Assembly (NCBI RefSeq): GCF_001194135.2
Contig: NC_069004.1
Span: 35,815,322 to 35,861,758 of the forward strand
Direction of reading: 5' to 3'
DNA length: 46,437 nucleotides
Source of the DNA: Octopus bimaculoides
Lineage: Eukaryota
A program made the position numbers and the translations under genes. Shown here in pieces: positions 1-11,600 of this stretch. Below the pieces are notes generated by a model. That model worked only from the letters and a program-made list of their open reading frames with translations, was not told where the DNA came from and made no database searches. Every line of letters begins with the position of its first letter. Position 1 is the stretch's first letter.

Positions 1-625
1 ATATATGTAACAGTAATAATATTACGGAGATGTACTTGCATAGCAAGTGACCTGATCTGAGATCGTGTGCTGGAACGAAAATAATTGCAGCGGGGAAGGT
101 GTTTATAAGCCATTTAAATTATTTGTCTCCTATTAAGAAACAAAAAAAGCTTATATAGGATTGCAAAAGAAGTGCTCAAATATAAATGAGACTAGGATAA
201 AAAGGCATTAGTGACAGAATAAAAACATTATGTTCGGGTCAATGACTCAACAAAAACAACACCCTTCAAACAAACAATCATATATAAAATATACACCATG
301 GTCCACAAACACATAAGAAAAGCATATAAATAAAAATAATACATATATATAAAGTGTACAATTTGAAATAGTATATATTCTAATAAAAATACAGATAAAT
401 CTAATTCGAGTTAAAAATATATATATCAAAAACGTAAGATTTTTTATATATAATAGAATACAAAAGGTCTAAAAGTTAAAATAAGGCGACTAAAAATTCA
501 AAATACCAGTCCTATTAGACCCGATTTTCGACGCGGATTCTATTCTTTCTCAGTTTCATGTTTATAAAATGTACATCATTTCGCTGTAATTTTATGTATT
601 ATTTATGTATTTTCTTTCTCTGCAG

Positions 626-700
626 GTATACATGAATCCTGATCCTCAAGAAGACCGAATCTACGAGAGGATAGACGCCGAGAAGGAAGACGATCGCTAG
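626..700 (+). CDS. Probable terminal coding exon of an upstream gene (VYMNPDPQEDRIYERIDAEKEDDR*)
   Basis: Strong acceptor (ttttctttctctgcag|G at 625/626), then 24 non-repetitive codons to TAG at 698-700 in phase 0; the other two phases stop within 6 codons. No upstream exons visible in the window. Confidence 0.45.
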   Translation, partial: VYMNPDPQEDRIYERIDAEKEDDR

Positions 701-1086
701 AAGGAGCGAATCTGCCGTCTTCCTGAGAGTGGTTTGCAGGAGTTCCCTCCCTTACTAACAATTAAGTAGAGTAATCTCCCTTGAAAATAATTACTTCCCG
801 TTTACTAAAGGAAAGTTTTTATTAGTTATATTTTTTTTCCTTCTGGTTCCATCTTTCATTTTGGGTGGAAACTGAGAAAACAGTAACAGTTCCACATACT
901 TCGACCTGTTGAGCAGGTTATGACCTTTTCGAGAGAGGTTTTCGAATTGATGTGCATTTTTTTTTTCTTTCACATCTAAAGCACCACAACGTAACAGTGT
1001 CGTGGCAACATCACGTCTATGCACAGTCGAATACAAATCGTTCCGTACATGCCGCTCCATGTATAGGTATGTGTACATACATACAT

Positions 1087-1117
<31 letters not shown>

Positions 1118-1595
1118 CGAAGACAGAGACAACCACAGAAGTATATACAAGCATACACAACTAATACTGGCATAGAGTTAAATATATATAATATATATAT
1201 ACATATATATATATGTGTGTGTATGTATGTATGTATACATACATACATACTCAGTTTATAAACATATTCGTTATAAAATAAACTTTGTACATATCATTAT
1301 ATTAACATAGATATGAAGACACGGTGAAGAAAGCAAAGGAGCGAGCGAGAAAAGGGAAGAAGAGAAAGGCTTAGGGAGCGGAATAGCTAAAAAAAATGAG
1401 TAACAGAGAAGACTAGGAGAGAGAGAGAGGGAGAGAAAGAAGACTAGGAGAGAGAGAGATAGGGGGGAGAGAGATAAGTGTGTTTATATAAATACAATGT
1501 ATATTTGCAGATAGATATATATAGATGGATATATATATACCGTCAATGTGAATACGAAACCGTTGGTCACTCTATGACCGGACTTCAACTTAAGT

Positions 1596-1617
1596 ACTTT
1601 TAATGTGTGTGTGTGTA

Positions 1618-1693
<76 letters not shown>

Positions 1694-1711
1694 TGTATAT
1701 GTGTATATATA

Positions 1712-1762
<51 letters not shown>

Positions 1763-1781
1763 ATGTATATGCATGTATATA

Positions 1782-1812
<31 letters not shown>
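1596..1812. repeat. Compound (TA)n/(TG)n microsatellite
   Basis: Direct reading. Similar arrays at ~1070-1250, 2770-2940, 19740-19990, 35740-35810 and 38024-38152 produce the spurious YIYI and CVCV ORFs. Confidence 0.95.
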
Positions 1813-2841
1813 TAACTTTGATATCTAATGAAGATATATCGGTTACTCTTTCAGAATATAGCCTTTACAATTTGAAATGTTCTAAGGAAAGATATTCTAT
1901 TCTACTGACTCTTATACTGCAGTCCCCAGACCTCCTTCCCTATCTCTCTCTCCCCCGTGCTGCATATCTGTCTTTTTGTAGTTATATAGTTCTACCTTGC
2001 CCTCATCCCCTTAACCCTGCCTGTCTAAGTCTTCCCCTCCCTACGTAGCAGCACTCAAATACGACTAGGAAGCTCTAGCGAACCCTCACCTTTACAGCAC
2101 TCAACTTTCTATCAAGGTCTTCCTTCAGCTCTTACTCTTTGCTTTACTCGGCCACTCAGGAACTTCTGTTGAGGAAACGAGAGCAAAAACTATATAAATT
2201 ACACCCAACTACATTTCTTTTTTCTTCTAAAAACAAAGGATGCATTGGATAATACAGTCGTGTGGTATATTATACCTGAAGAAATATAAACTGGATGATT
2301 ATTAGCGGAAGGTCTGCTCGTTCTGGATCGATTTGGTGACAAACAACAACCAACTACATTACTATTTACAGCCATGCCATAAAAAGGAAGTTTAGATTTG
2401 CTTGATCAGAGCCGAGCTGGGAAAGCAGAACAAATCAAGTTAGATACAACAAAAGCAATACAAACTGTTTCACTCTTTTTTCGTCTTTTCTAACCTTCAA
2501 ATATATATATTTTTTCTCACTTTCATATTGTAACAAATAAACATCATTGATATATTTTGTTCTTTTCTTATTCCTTTCTTTCCAAATACTTCACTGCAGT
2601 TGGCTGTTTTTCTGCTCTCATATTTCGAGCCAACAACTGATGAACGGTCGTTATTTATGCTCTTTGTCTTGTTTTTCATTTGTGTCTTTCAATGTTCGGA
2701 AAAATAGTTCATATTCCATGTACTCGTACTTTTTGGTTGTACACGTTCGTGACGTCCTGTGCCCACATATGCATATATATATATATATATATAGATAGAT
2801 AGATAAATAGATGTAAATATGTACATATACGTATGTATATA

Positions 2842-2876
<35 letters not shown>

Positions 2877-3507
2877 ATTATTATATGACTGAGCGCCACG
2901 CATCCTCTTCCAAATAAGTTTGATATATATATATATATATATTCTTTTACTTCTTTCAGTCGTCTGACTGCACAGCCGAGCCTACACCTATCTGAAAAAA
3001 ATTTCTTCACCAAAAAGCAAGAAACAGCTTAAAAAGGAGAACAAAACTAATCTTTAAGTGCCATTAATGAAGAGCAAATCTTCTCCTTCCAATCGCAAAA
3101 GTCTGTTTGCTCCTGAGTTGACCTAAACTAAATCCCAACCCTATAATGAGTAGGAATAACAGGTGGAAGCAGCTAGCAAAACTTTGAAACCTTTTCACAT
3201 AATCCACCTGAGACTTCTTCAATTCTATGAAACAAAACCATTGTTTTTAAAACGTTTATATTTAAATTGTCAATATTTTATTGCAGAATACATTTATGCT
3301 CAAAACTGGGGTATCCTCTTAATGTATGAAATTCTTTCAAATCCTTAAATATTGTCGAAATCAATTCAAAACTTTAGGAAGCAAATTTCATGAAAAATAT
3401 GATAAGAAAAGAGTAAATATTTAATAATTTATTGGTTGAAACATTTACAAAGTTTTCATGAAGACAGGAATTTTTAACCAAATGGTTGAAGGTCACGGTG
3501 AATGTAG

Positions 3508-6500
3508 TCAACTTGAGCCATAGAGACAGTTCTTCTGGAAGTGTAACAGACTATAGGACTCTCTGAAATTGTACTGGTATTGAAGCTGTAAATGGAGACA
3601 AAAATCAATATTTGAAAAATCAGAAAAGGTTTTAAGGGGTTAGGGATAGGGTTATCTCAATGCAACCACTCCAAAAATGCAATGGGTGCCAGTTGCGTGA
3701 CACCAGTATCTGCCATGATTACAATTTCACATGGCTTTCATGGGTCTTCTACTCAAGCACAGCATGTTGCTGAAGGGTTCAATCGTTTGTCATTGCCTCC
3801 ATGAGGCCCAACACTTCAAAGTGCTTTTTATGTGCCACCGGCACAGGTGCTAATTGCACAACACTGGCAACCTTTACACTTTCTGTTAAAAGACTCCTCT
3901 TTCAATACAATCTCAAACAAACACAAACAAAATCATTGTGTAGATGTTGTTAGTGACTGTGAAGTGGTGACCAGCAATGGAAGTGAAATGATGACCACTG
4001 ATGGTTAAAGGTTGACCAATGATGGTGGAGTGCAATGGCGACCAATGGTTAGTGAAAGGGTCACCTTAATTTAGTGGCATTGTGAACAGCAACTGTGAAA
4101 TAGTTAGCATGGTAAATGGAATGACTACCAGTGGTGTTTATGTGGCTAAGAGCAGAAGTGGAATGGTTGCCAGTGGTACCAACAGATATACTTACATTAT
4201 CATACCATCGAGACAAATGAAGAAACTTCTCTTTCTCTTGGAATGTTAATTCACTCTGTTAAAGAAAATGATGATAATAATAATAATGATAATGGTTTCA
4301 AATTTGGGCACAAGGCCAGCAGTTTTGGAGAAGGGGTAAGTCAATTACATTGGCAACAGTCCTCAACAGGTACTTATTTTATCGACCCCGAAAGGATGAA
4401 GGGCAAAGTTTAAGATACGTTTGACATATTTTAAGAGCTAATGGCAAATTCACTACAGTTAATGTGGAGAAGAAATTCTCGCTCAAGGCAAAAGATGTAA
4501 AAACACCATATTTTCTCAGTGTGTTTCCCCTAGCAGACTTCTCAATGCATTTCCAGCTTTTTAGCCTTCCTCAGTTGGAGATATTGAAGAGAGATAACCC
4601 TGAACAGATTCTAAATATGTAGCTTTATCTTCGAACAATCAACACCTGTGACTGAGTTGCACTTGTGGACCAATTGGTCAGAATAAAAACAGAAACAGCA
4701 TTTGCTAATCAATAAGGAACAAACGAACTTGAGAAGACACTCAATAAATACAATGTTTTTACACCTTTTGCCATAAGTGAGAATTTCTTCTCCATGGTAA
4801 CTGCAGCGAATTTGCCTTTACAAGTTGAAATATGTAACAAACAGGTTTTAACTAAACCAAATAATAATGTTTCTCTCTCACACAATATGCTCCCACCACC
4901 CCAAAACCACACACACAGTGGACTAATATAAGAGCCTCCACAAGGTCACTTAAGCTGCTACAATTAATAACCAAATTTCACTCAAATGTCACACTAAAAG
5001 CTTAAAGGAGGAAGGACATACTGAACAATGTGATCCAAAACTACACTAACGTCTGATAACAAAAAAAAAAAAGAAGAAGATTCATGGTTGGAACATCTTT
5101 GTTATAGAGGATCAGAATCAGCCCGGGATGAACAGCAACAACAACAACACTAACAACAAGACAATTGTTCATGTGCAGAACTGAGAGAAGTCGAGACAGA
5201 CAAAAGCACTCACCATTGTTTGATGCAGAGCAAAGAACAGCAGCAGGTCGGCGAGAGTGATACAGTTTCCAATCATATAAACTCGGTCACTGAGATAGGA
5301 GTTCAAATCCTAGAGAAAGAAAAAAGAAAAAATACGTAAGAGGGAAAAAAAGTCACAAAATTATGATTTTGTTTCTTAACAAATGCTTTGTAAGCAATTC
5401 TGGATTCAAACTACTGACTTCACTCTGTTAAGGTTATAAAGTTGTCTAAACCGTTAACAATTTAGAAAACCAATTTAATCCATGAAAGTATGAAAAAATT
5501 TGATTTAAATAAGAAAGAAAAAAAAGAGAAACAGAAGTAGGTGCCATCTTACCTGTAAACTAGAATATTTATCAGTTTTGGCATCAAGGTTGAGAATCAT
5601 GTATTCAAGCCACTGGTCAACAAATGCCTGCTCTGCTGGAGTTTTACCTGCAATAATAATAATACATAATCATCATTATCATTGTTTCTCTGCTGTCATG
5701 GGTTGGACAAGACTTATTCAGTGCAAGGACAAATATAGGTTGGGCAGGGTACAAGATATCTCAGCCTCCAAACACTTGCATCACCAAACAGTTTACTCCT
5801 TTGTCACATCCACGATGAGAATCAATGGCAGGCTTAACCGTTTCATTCCAAGTCTCCTTTGGTCTTCTTTTTCTACAAGTTCTGCTATCTTGGAGGTAAA
5901 ACTATGCGATAGGTTCTATTAAAATGGAGATCGTAAAGAGAGGTGATGGCAATGTCTACACACATACCCAACAAAACCTGCTGGTTTGATGTCCTCGTCA
6001 AATGTTTGGCTATAGAGAGAAAGCCTTGCACATTCAGACCATTCTCCTTCAGAACAAGAACCTAGAGATAGAAAGGAGAACAATAATCAATTCCTGCAAT
6101 TAGTAAAAACATTTAAAATAAAAATACAAAAACCAAGATAACCAAGGACAGATGCATCAGTATATCAGCAATCAGATGAAGATGTAGAACAGTTTTGAAA
6201 CTCTAGCTAAATCGGTAGAACACAGGATAAAATGACTTGTGCTATTTACTCTAGCTCTCTGCATTCAGAGTTCAAATACCACTGAGGTCAGCGTTTGTCT
6301 CTCATTCGTCTGCGATTCTGGGATTATGGGTTGTAGTGATTATTTGTAGGGTTTGCAACCTTGCACTCTCAACATGCATTCACTCCATTGTCTACCTTTT
6401 TTCTGTGACGTCAGTAACTATAACAAAGGTTGACTTGGTCAAAGCATAACAGCCACAGTCAACCCTCTGCATTTACTGCAATTGTGGCTGCAGTGAAGTC

Positions 6501-7096
6501 ACACAAGGTGCACTTGCTCCAAGTGTAACAGCCCTACACTTAATCATTGATGGTGATGGCTATAGTAGAAGGGAAGGTTGCATTAGTCAGAATGCAACAG
6601 ATGCTTTATTTGCATTCCATACGATGTACGAGTGTCTGGGCTGCTATACAAGCATCTGTGTGGTCGCATGACTTGCTAGAAATGGCAGCCAAATCTCCAT
6701 CAAATCACACACTCTTGTTTTAGAAAAGGAGCAACGCATCAGGTGATGTAATCCTCAATAACTATTTCAGACAAAAATAGCAGCACACACACACAAATTA
6801 GTAGTTAGGGTGTTGGCCTAACGATCAGTCAGGAGTTTAATTTCTGGATCGCACTAACACACAGAATAAGAATAGTAACCCTTTCTACAACAGGCACAAG
6901 GCCTGAAATTTTGGAGGAAGGGGGCAAGTCGGTTATATTGACCCCCCAGTGCTTGACAAGTACTTATTTCACCGACCTCAAAAGGGATGAAAAGCAAAGT
7001 TACCATCGGCACAATTTGAACTCGAAACAAAGTCGGACGAAATGCCGCTCAGCATTTTCTCCGGCGGCGTGCTTAATAACACTGTCAACTCGCAGC

Positions 7097-7174
<78 letters not shown>

Positions 7175-7440
7175 AAATACAGTAAAGGTTTAAAAAACTG
7201 AGAATCTATTGCTGTTTTTTAATTCCTCTGACATGATGCAATGATTTTAGTCGGAAGATGAGAGATTAAGATCCCATCCATGTCTAACATCCATTCTCAT
7301 GTGTGTATGTGTGTATATATGGGATTCCTGAGGAAGTAAAGGGTGAAAATAAGTGCTCCTACATTGTTTTCTTGAACCAAGATTTTCTGGGGACGTCGTA
7401 AAAACTTGGCGAGAGCATCCAAGTGTTTTTGTTCGGCCAT
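3508..7440 (-). CDS. EEF1E1: Eukaryotic translation elongation factor 1 epsilon-1 (AIMP3/p18), GST-like multisynthetase complex subunit, 166 aa
   Basis: Six GT-AG exons with matching phases: 7440-7363 (MAEQKHLDALAKFLRRPQKILVQENN), 6061-5968 (VLVLKENGLNVQGFLSIAKHLTRTSNQQVLLG), 5647-5553 (KTPAEQAFVDQWLEYMILNLDAKTDKYSSLQ), 5309-5214 (DLNSYLSDRVYMIGNCITLADLLLFFALHQTM), 4255-4196 (SELTFQEKEKFLHLSRWYDN), 3585-3508 (LQYQYNFRESYSLLHFQKNCLYGSS*). QWLEY, DLNSYL, TLAD and LTFQEKEK...SRW match AIMP3 as I recall it. AATAAA on the minus strand at ~3433-3428. Confidence 0.92.
4296..4410 (-). mobile_element. tRNA-type SINE family A, 3' fragment
   Basis: Shares ggcacaaggcc and ggtacttattttatcgaccccgaaaggatgaagggcaaagtt with the fuller copies at 6881, 10935 and 14371. 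Confidence 0.7.
4443..4816. mobile_element. MITE-like foldback with ~85-90 bp degenerate terminal inverted repeats, in EEF1E1 intron 4
   Basis: 4443-~4530 (ggcaaattcactacagttaatgtggagaagaaattctcgctcaaggcaaaagatgtaaaaac) is the reverse complement, with scattered mismatches, of ~4729-4816. No coding capacity; no TSD identified. Confidence 0.6.
6881..7095 (-). mobile_element. tRNA-type SINE family A copy, followed by an (AAT)n array
   Basis: Aligns by eye with 10935-11147; B-box-like gagttcaaat on the minus strand; (aat)n at ~7097-7170. Confidence 0.75.
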
Positions 7441-8697
7441 GCCGCCGGAAGTAAGGAACGGACAAAAGAAATAACGACAGACTCGCACAAACAGGAATTA
7501 CACGCTTTAATTTTTTTTTTTTAATTAAATTTTCCACATATTCTCCTTTCAGTTTTTGTCGTCTTTTTTAACTTTGAATTTTTAGTTGAGTGAAATATAG
7601 ATTTCAACCAAGATAAGTTCAAATTTTATCTGACAGCATTCAGAATTCGAACGGACTGCTTATGTCTTTAGAAATCACCACAGCGTAGAGAATGTAAAAA
7701 CCTCAGAATTTGGTAGTATTTTTCCTTTATAAGTTTCTGTTGTTTTACTATAAATCTGTCGAAAATAAAGTATATTCATTATTTTAATTTTGTTTTTTGT
7801 TTTTGATAGCGAAATATGACTGTTTGTTTCTCTTGGACATCAGCGGCTTGATCAAATGCCGTCAAAATACCTGAATTATAAATAAAAATGGGACAAGATA
7901 TTAATAACTTATTTGTGATGCTTTAAACACTCATCGGGAATGTAGTTACAGATCTTTTTTTTTTTGTTCATTACACTGATTATCCATGTAACTTTCTGCT
8001 TTTTATGTTAAAGGGATTCAATAGATATTTTACAGCAATTAGTGGACCTGGACAACGTTTAAACTTAGGACATAAAGGAACATAATTGAATAACAAAAGC
8101 TATTTCGCCTGATGCCCTACCGATTCTGTCATCAACTCGTTATAAAATTTTTCATATAATTTAATAAACATTCTTGTATATTCAGTGATTCGTTTATCAC
8201 TGTTTCTGTTATTACAACGGTGGTGAGAGGGGGAAACGATTCGCTAAGAAGGTCAGAATAAAGCTGGTGACATGACACCTAATACGTAAAACAAAATGTC
8301 TGGAGTTGTGTCCCGTGCTTGCTTAGCATTCGGAACATTGATATTTAATCAGCATTCACATTTTTTAATTATTATTATTATTCCTATATTTATTTCTGGT
8401 TTAGTTTTCTTTTTTTTTTCATTAATAGTAATTTTTTTATTAAATATGTTGACACTAAGTTCAAAATCCGATATTTATATTGCGACGTTACCGATGAGTG
8501 ACATAACGTAGTGACGAGAAAACCAGAACGAGAAGTTACGATATTTTATCATATGATTATTATAAGAGGTTCCTCCTCCAAAGTGAGATTGACATTTTTA
8601 GGGGTCGACCAGAAAGAAATCCAAAGTCGGTTCCTTCACCGATTCACTTTGGTCTGACTTTTATTGTCGTTGTGTATTTATTGAATTCCTTTCCATC
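7441..8697. promoter_or_regulatory. Putative bidirectional promoter region between EEF1E1 and ATP6V0B
   Basis: Divergent start codons 1257 nt apart; ETS-type CCGGAAGT at 7445-7452 next to the EEF1E1 ATG; locally more CpG near both ends. Confidence 0.6.
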
Positions 8698-11600
8698 ATG
8701 GATCGTTCATCGAAGAAGACAATGTCTTACAGTTATGGCATAATCTACAGAATTCTTGTTGCTATTGCAATCTCAATATTGATCATGGTCTGTAAGTATT
8801 TCTGGCAATGTTTGCCCGACCCTCTTCTTCTTCTTCTTTGGTCTTTTAATCTATTTGCTGTGTTTCTATTTTGTATCAATTGAATTTTCAAACAAGAACT
8901 TTCTCATTTACAGCACATGTCAGTCATTGTCACCTCTGATACGAACATATAGAATTTTGGTAGTAATTGTTTGAAGTCCCCACCACTTGTCTTCATCTGA
9001 CACCTCCAACACCAAATATCTACACGAATGACCATTCCGTCTTTAAATCACACATAAATATCGATATGTCGATGTCCCCCCTCTCGCCATTTCTCCCTTT
9101 TCGTCTTTTAATGTATTTGCTGTGGATTTGTTTTAAATTAAAAACAAAATCCCACCCACTCCTATCACTCGTTGGTGATTCTCACTTCTTAGAGACAGAG
9201 ACACGGATTTAGGGGTTGTTTGTTTAAGTCCCCAGCTCTGTCCTCGTCGAAGGACACCTCTAACACCAAGTATATGATCATTCCACCTTTGACGCATAAT
9301 GTATCTTGTTAATCAAGATAATATATTTTCTTATCCCTCCCTCCTTCTCTCTCTCCATCTTTTAATTCACTTCCTACATGTTTACTTCTAAATTATAAAA
9401 AAAAAGCACAAACCCTCACTAACTTCTCATCCCACATGTTGATCCTCGCACACGGTTATTGGCAGGTTGTTTATGTAGGTCCGTTGTGTGTCCCCCCTCC
9501 CAATCTGTCCTCATTATTACAGCTGTGTGTCTGTCTCGTCTTTAATTCATAATAATAGTGTATCGGAATCACCCTTTGATATTAGTCTCATTCACATCTG
9601 GAACTCAGTACAAAAATATTTATTCTACCCCAGAAATTTGACGGACCTTTTATTTATTTATTTTTTTTATTAACCCCTCCGGAACGATGAAAGCTAAATC
9701 TGATCTGGGCAGGATTTCAACTCAGAAAGTAAACGACCGTAACTTTATACCTCAAGGCATTATTTAGAATATCAGACTTGATCAAACAGATCTTTGACCA
9801 AAAATATTGCAGCAACCATTCCGTCGGTCGAGGTATCTTCTTACGGAATTTGTTCCGACTTTTTATGTTCTGAGTTCGATTCCATTTAAACTCAACTTTA
9901 CCTTTTATTTTCCCGAGTCCGTTAAAATACCAATCAAATACGAGAGATCGATACTATCGATTACTCCTCTTCAGTGTTGCTCGCCTGTACCTAAATTTTT
10001 GTTTTTAAAACCATTATTATTATTATTATAGTTATTATTATTACTTTAGTAGTAGTTGTCAGATATAATTAATACATAATAATTGTATATCTCGCGCTAC
10101 ATTATCCGTTATAAATCTTCCTTGTTGTTTAGCCTCATTAGACTTATAATCCAGGCCGTTACAGTCGTGACCTTCTTGTCTTTTATTCAATCAAAGTAAA
10201 TCTAAATACACATTATCGAATGCGCTCTTCATTCCATTTTCCTCAAACGAAAAGGAAATTTGGCTGCTATTTCAGTTTCCCGCAGATCATGCGACCTCAG
10301 AGAGGTTCCTTTCTTGAAAACAAAATTAGTTGACACGGATATATATTGAAAGCTTCATAATGTTTTCGTAATATATTTGTAGTCAAGAAGGAGTGGTTAA
10401 AATAAATAGATGATTAGGTAAATAAATAATCTACAGTATATATATATGTAGGCAGGCCAGTGTATGTATAAATTAGTCAAATAACATAAAAACAATTATG
10501 TTATCACGTGGGGTGGGGTTCCATCCCTCTCATTGAATTTTTGTGAATTTCATCTCAAAGCCAAGTTTTTCTCATAACATTTCTGCTTTTGTAGGATACT
10601 CGAGTTTTTTTCCCCCGTCCCCCGTCAGTTGGGATTTCTTTAATCATTCCAATATCCTTCTCAAGATCGTTGAACCCAATCTTTCATTGGTCGCCCTTCC
10701 TCTCCTAGATTTTCCAAAATATTATTCTATTTACAACTCCACTCTTTCTTCGGATTGCACCGAATCATTACATTTATCTTCGTCTTGCTGTTTCCATTAA
10801 ATTCTTCCAAGACTGGCAGATTGGTCTGGGAATTCCTCCATGTAATACGGACAATCCTTTCTACTTCTATAGGCCCAAGTTCTAGAATTTGCAGGAAGGG
10901 ACCAGTCGAATACTAACCAATAATAATAATGATCTTTTCTACTAAAAGCACCAGGCCTGAAACTTTGGGGGAGGGGACTAGTCGATTATATCGACCCAGT
11001 ATTTCACTGGTACATAATTTATTGATCCCGAAAGGATGAGAGGCAAAGTCGACCTCGGCAGGATTTGAACTTGGCATGTAGCGGCAGACGAAATACCGCT
11101 AGGCATTTCGCCCGGTGTGCTAACGGTTCTGCCAGCTCACCGCCGCCTTTATCATAATAAGTGGATTTTATTTTTAACATTTTCAGAGGAAAATTAAAGT
11201 TTGTGCTTTGGGTCGGACTAAAAGTTTTTATTGTATTTGTTGTGTGTGTGCGTATGCGACTCCTGTTCAAATCCATAACAGGCCGACCTTTATTCACCTC
11301 CAGGGTCGATAAAACACCCACCAATCATTATACTGAAGTAGATTTAATTGATTTCTACAATTCTCTCGTTCCAGTTCCATAGACTGGACAATATGAGCTC
11401 AGTTTATTTCTGTCCCAGAGTTCGAATCTTGCAAAGGTCAACTTTGACAGCCAGTTTTCTCTGTTTAGAAAAGTATCAGTAAAATACGGTAATCGAATTC
11501 AACGATTGTTTCCTGCTCACGTGTGATTGCGAGACTTGCTAGAAATGGCAGCCAAAATTTCCTTAGATCTGTCTTTAAAATAATATAGTCTTGGATTGGA

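Noticed and set aside
791-2048. ORFs rich in YIYI, CVCV and THTH (also near 19654-20001 and 35723-36050)
   Set aside because: They are translations of (TA)n, (TG)n and (CA)n microsatellites or run through N gaps.
8296-8511. Hydrophobic ORF MSGVVSRACLAFG as a possible ATP6V0B first exon or small membrane protein
   Set aside because: No suitable donor site, and the hydrophobicity comes from T-rich sequence. The exon at 8698-8791 has a gtaagt donor in the correct phase.
8260-8520. CLEAR (GTCACGTGAC) element expected near a V-ATPase gene
   Set aside because: Only imperfect look-alikes (gtgacatgac, gagtgacata) are present; no canonical site near the start codon.
10935-11147. tRNA gene suggested by A-box and B-box motifs
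   Set aside because: No cloverleaf is evident, and the sequence continues into a multi-copy SINE body.
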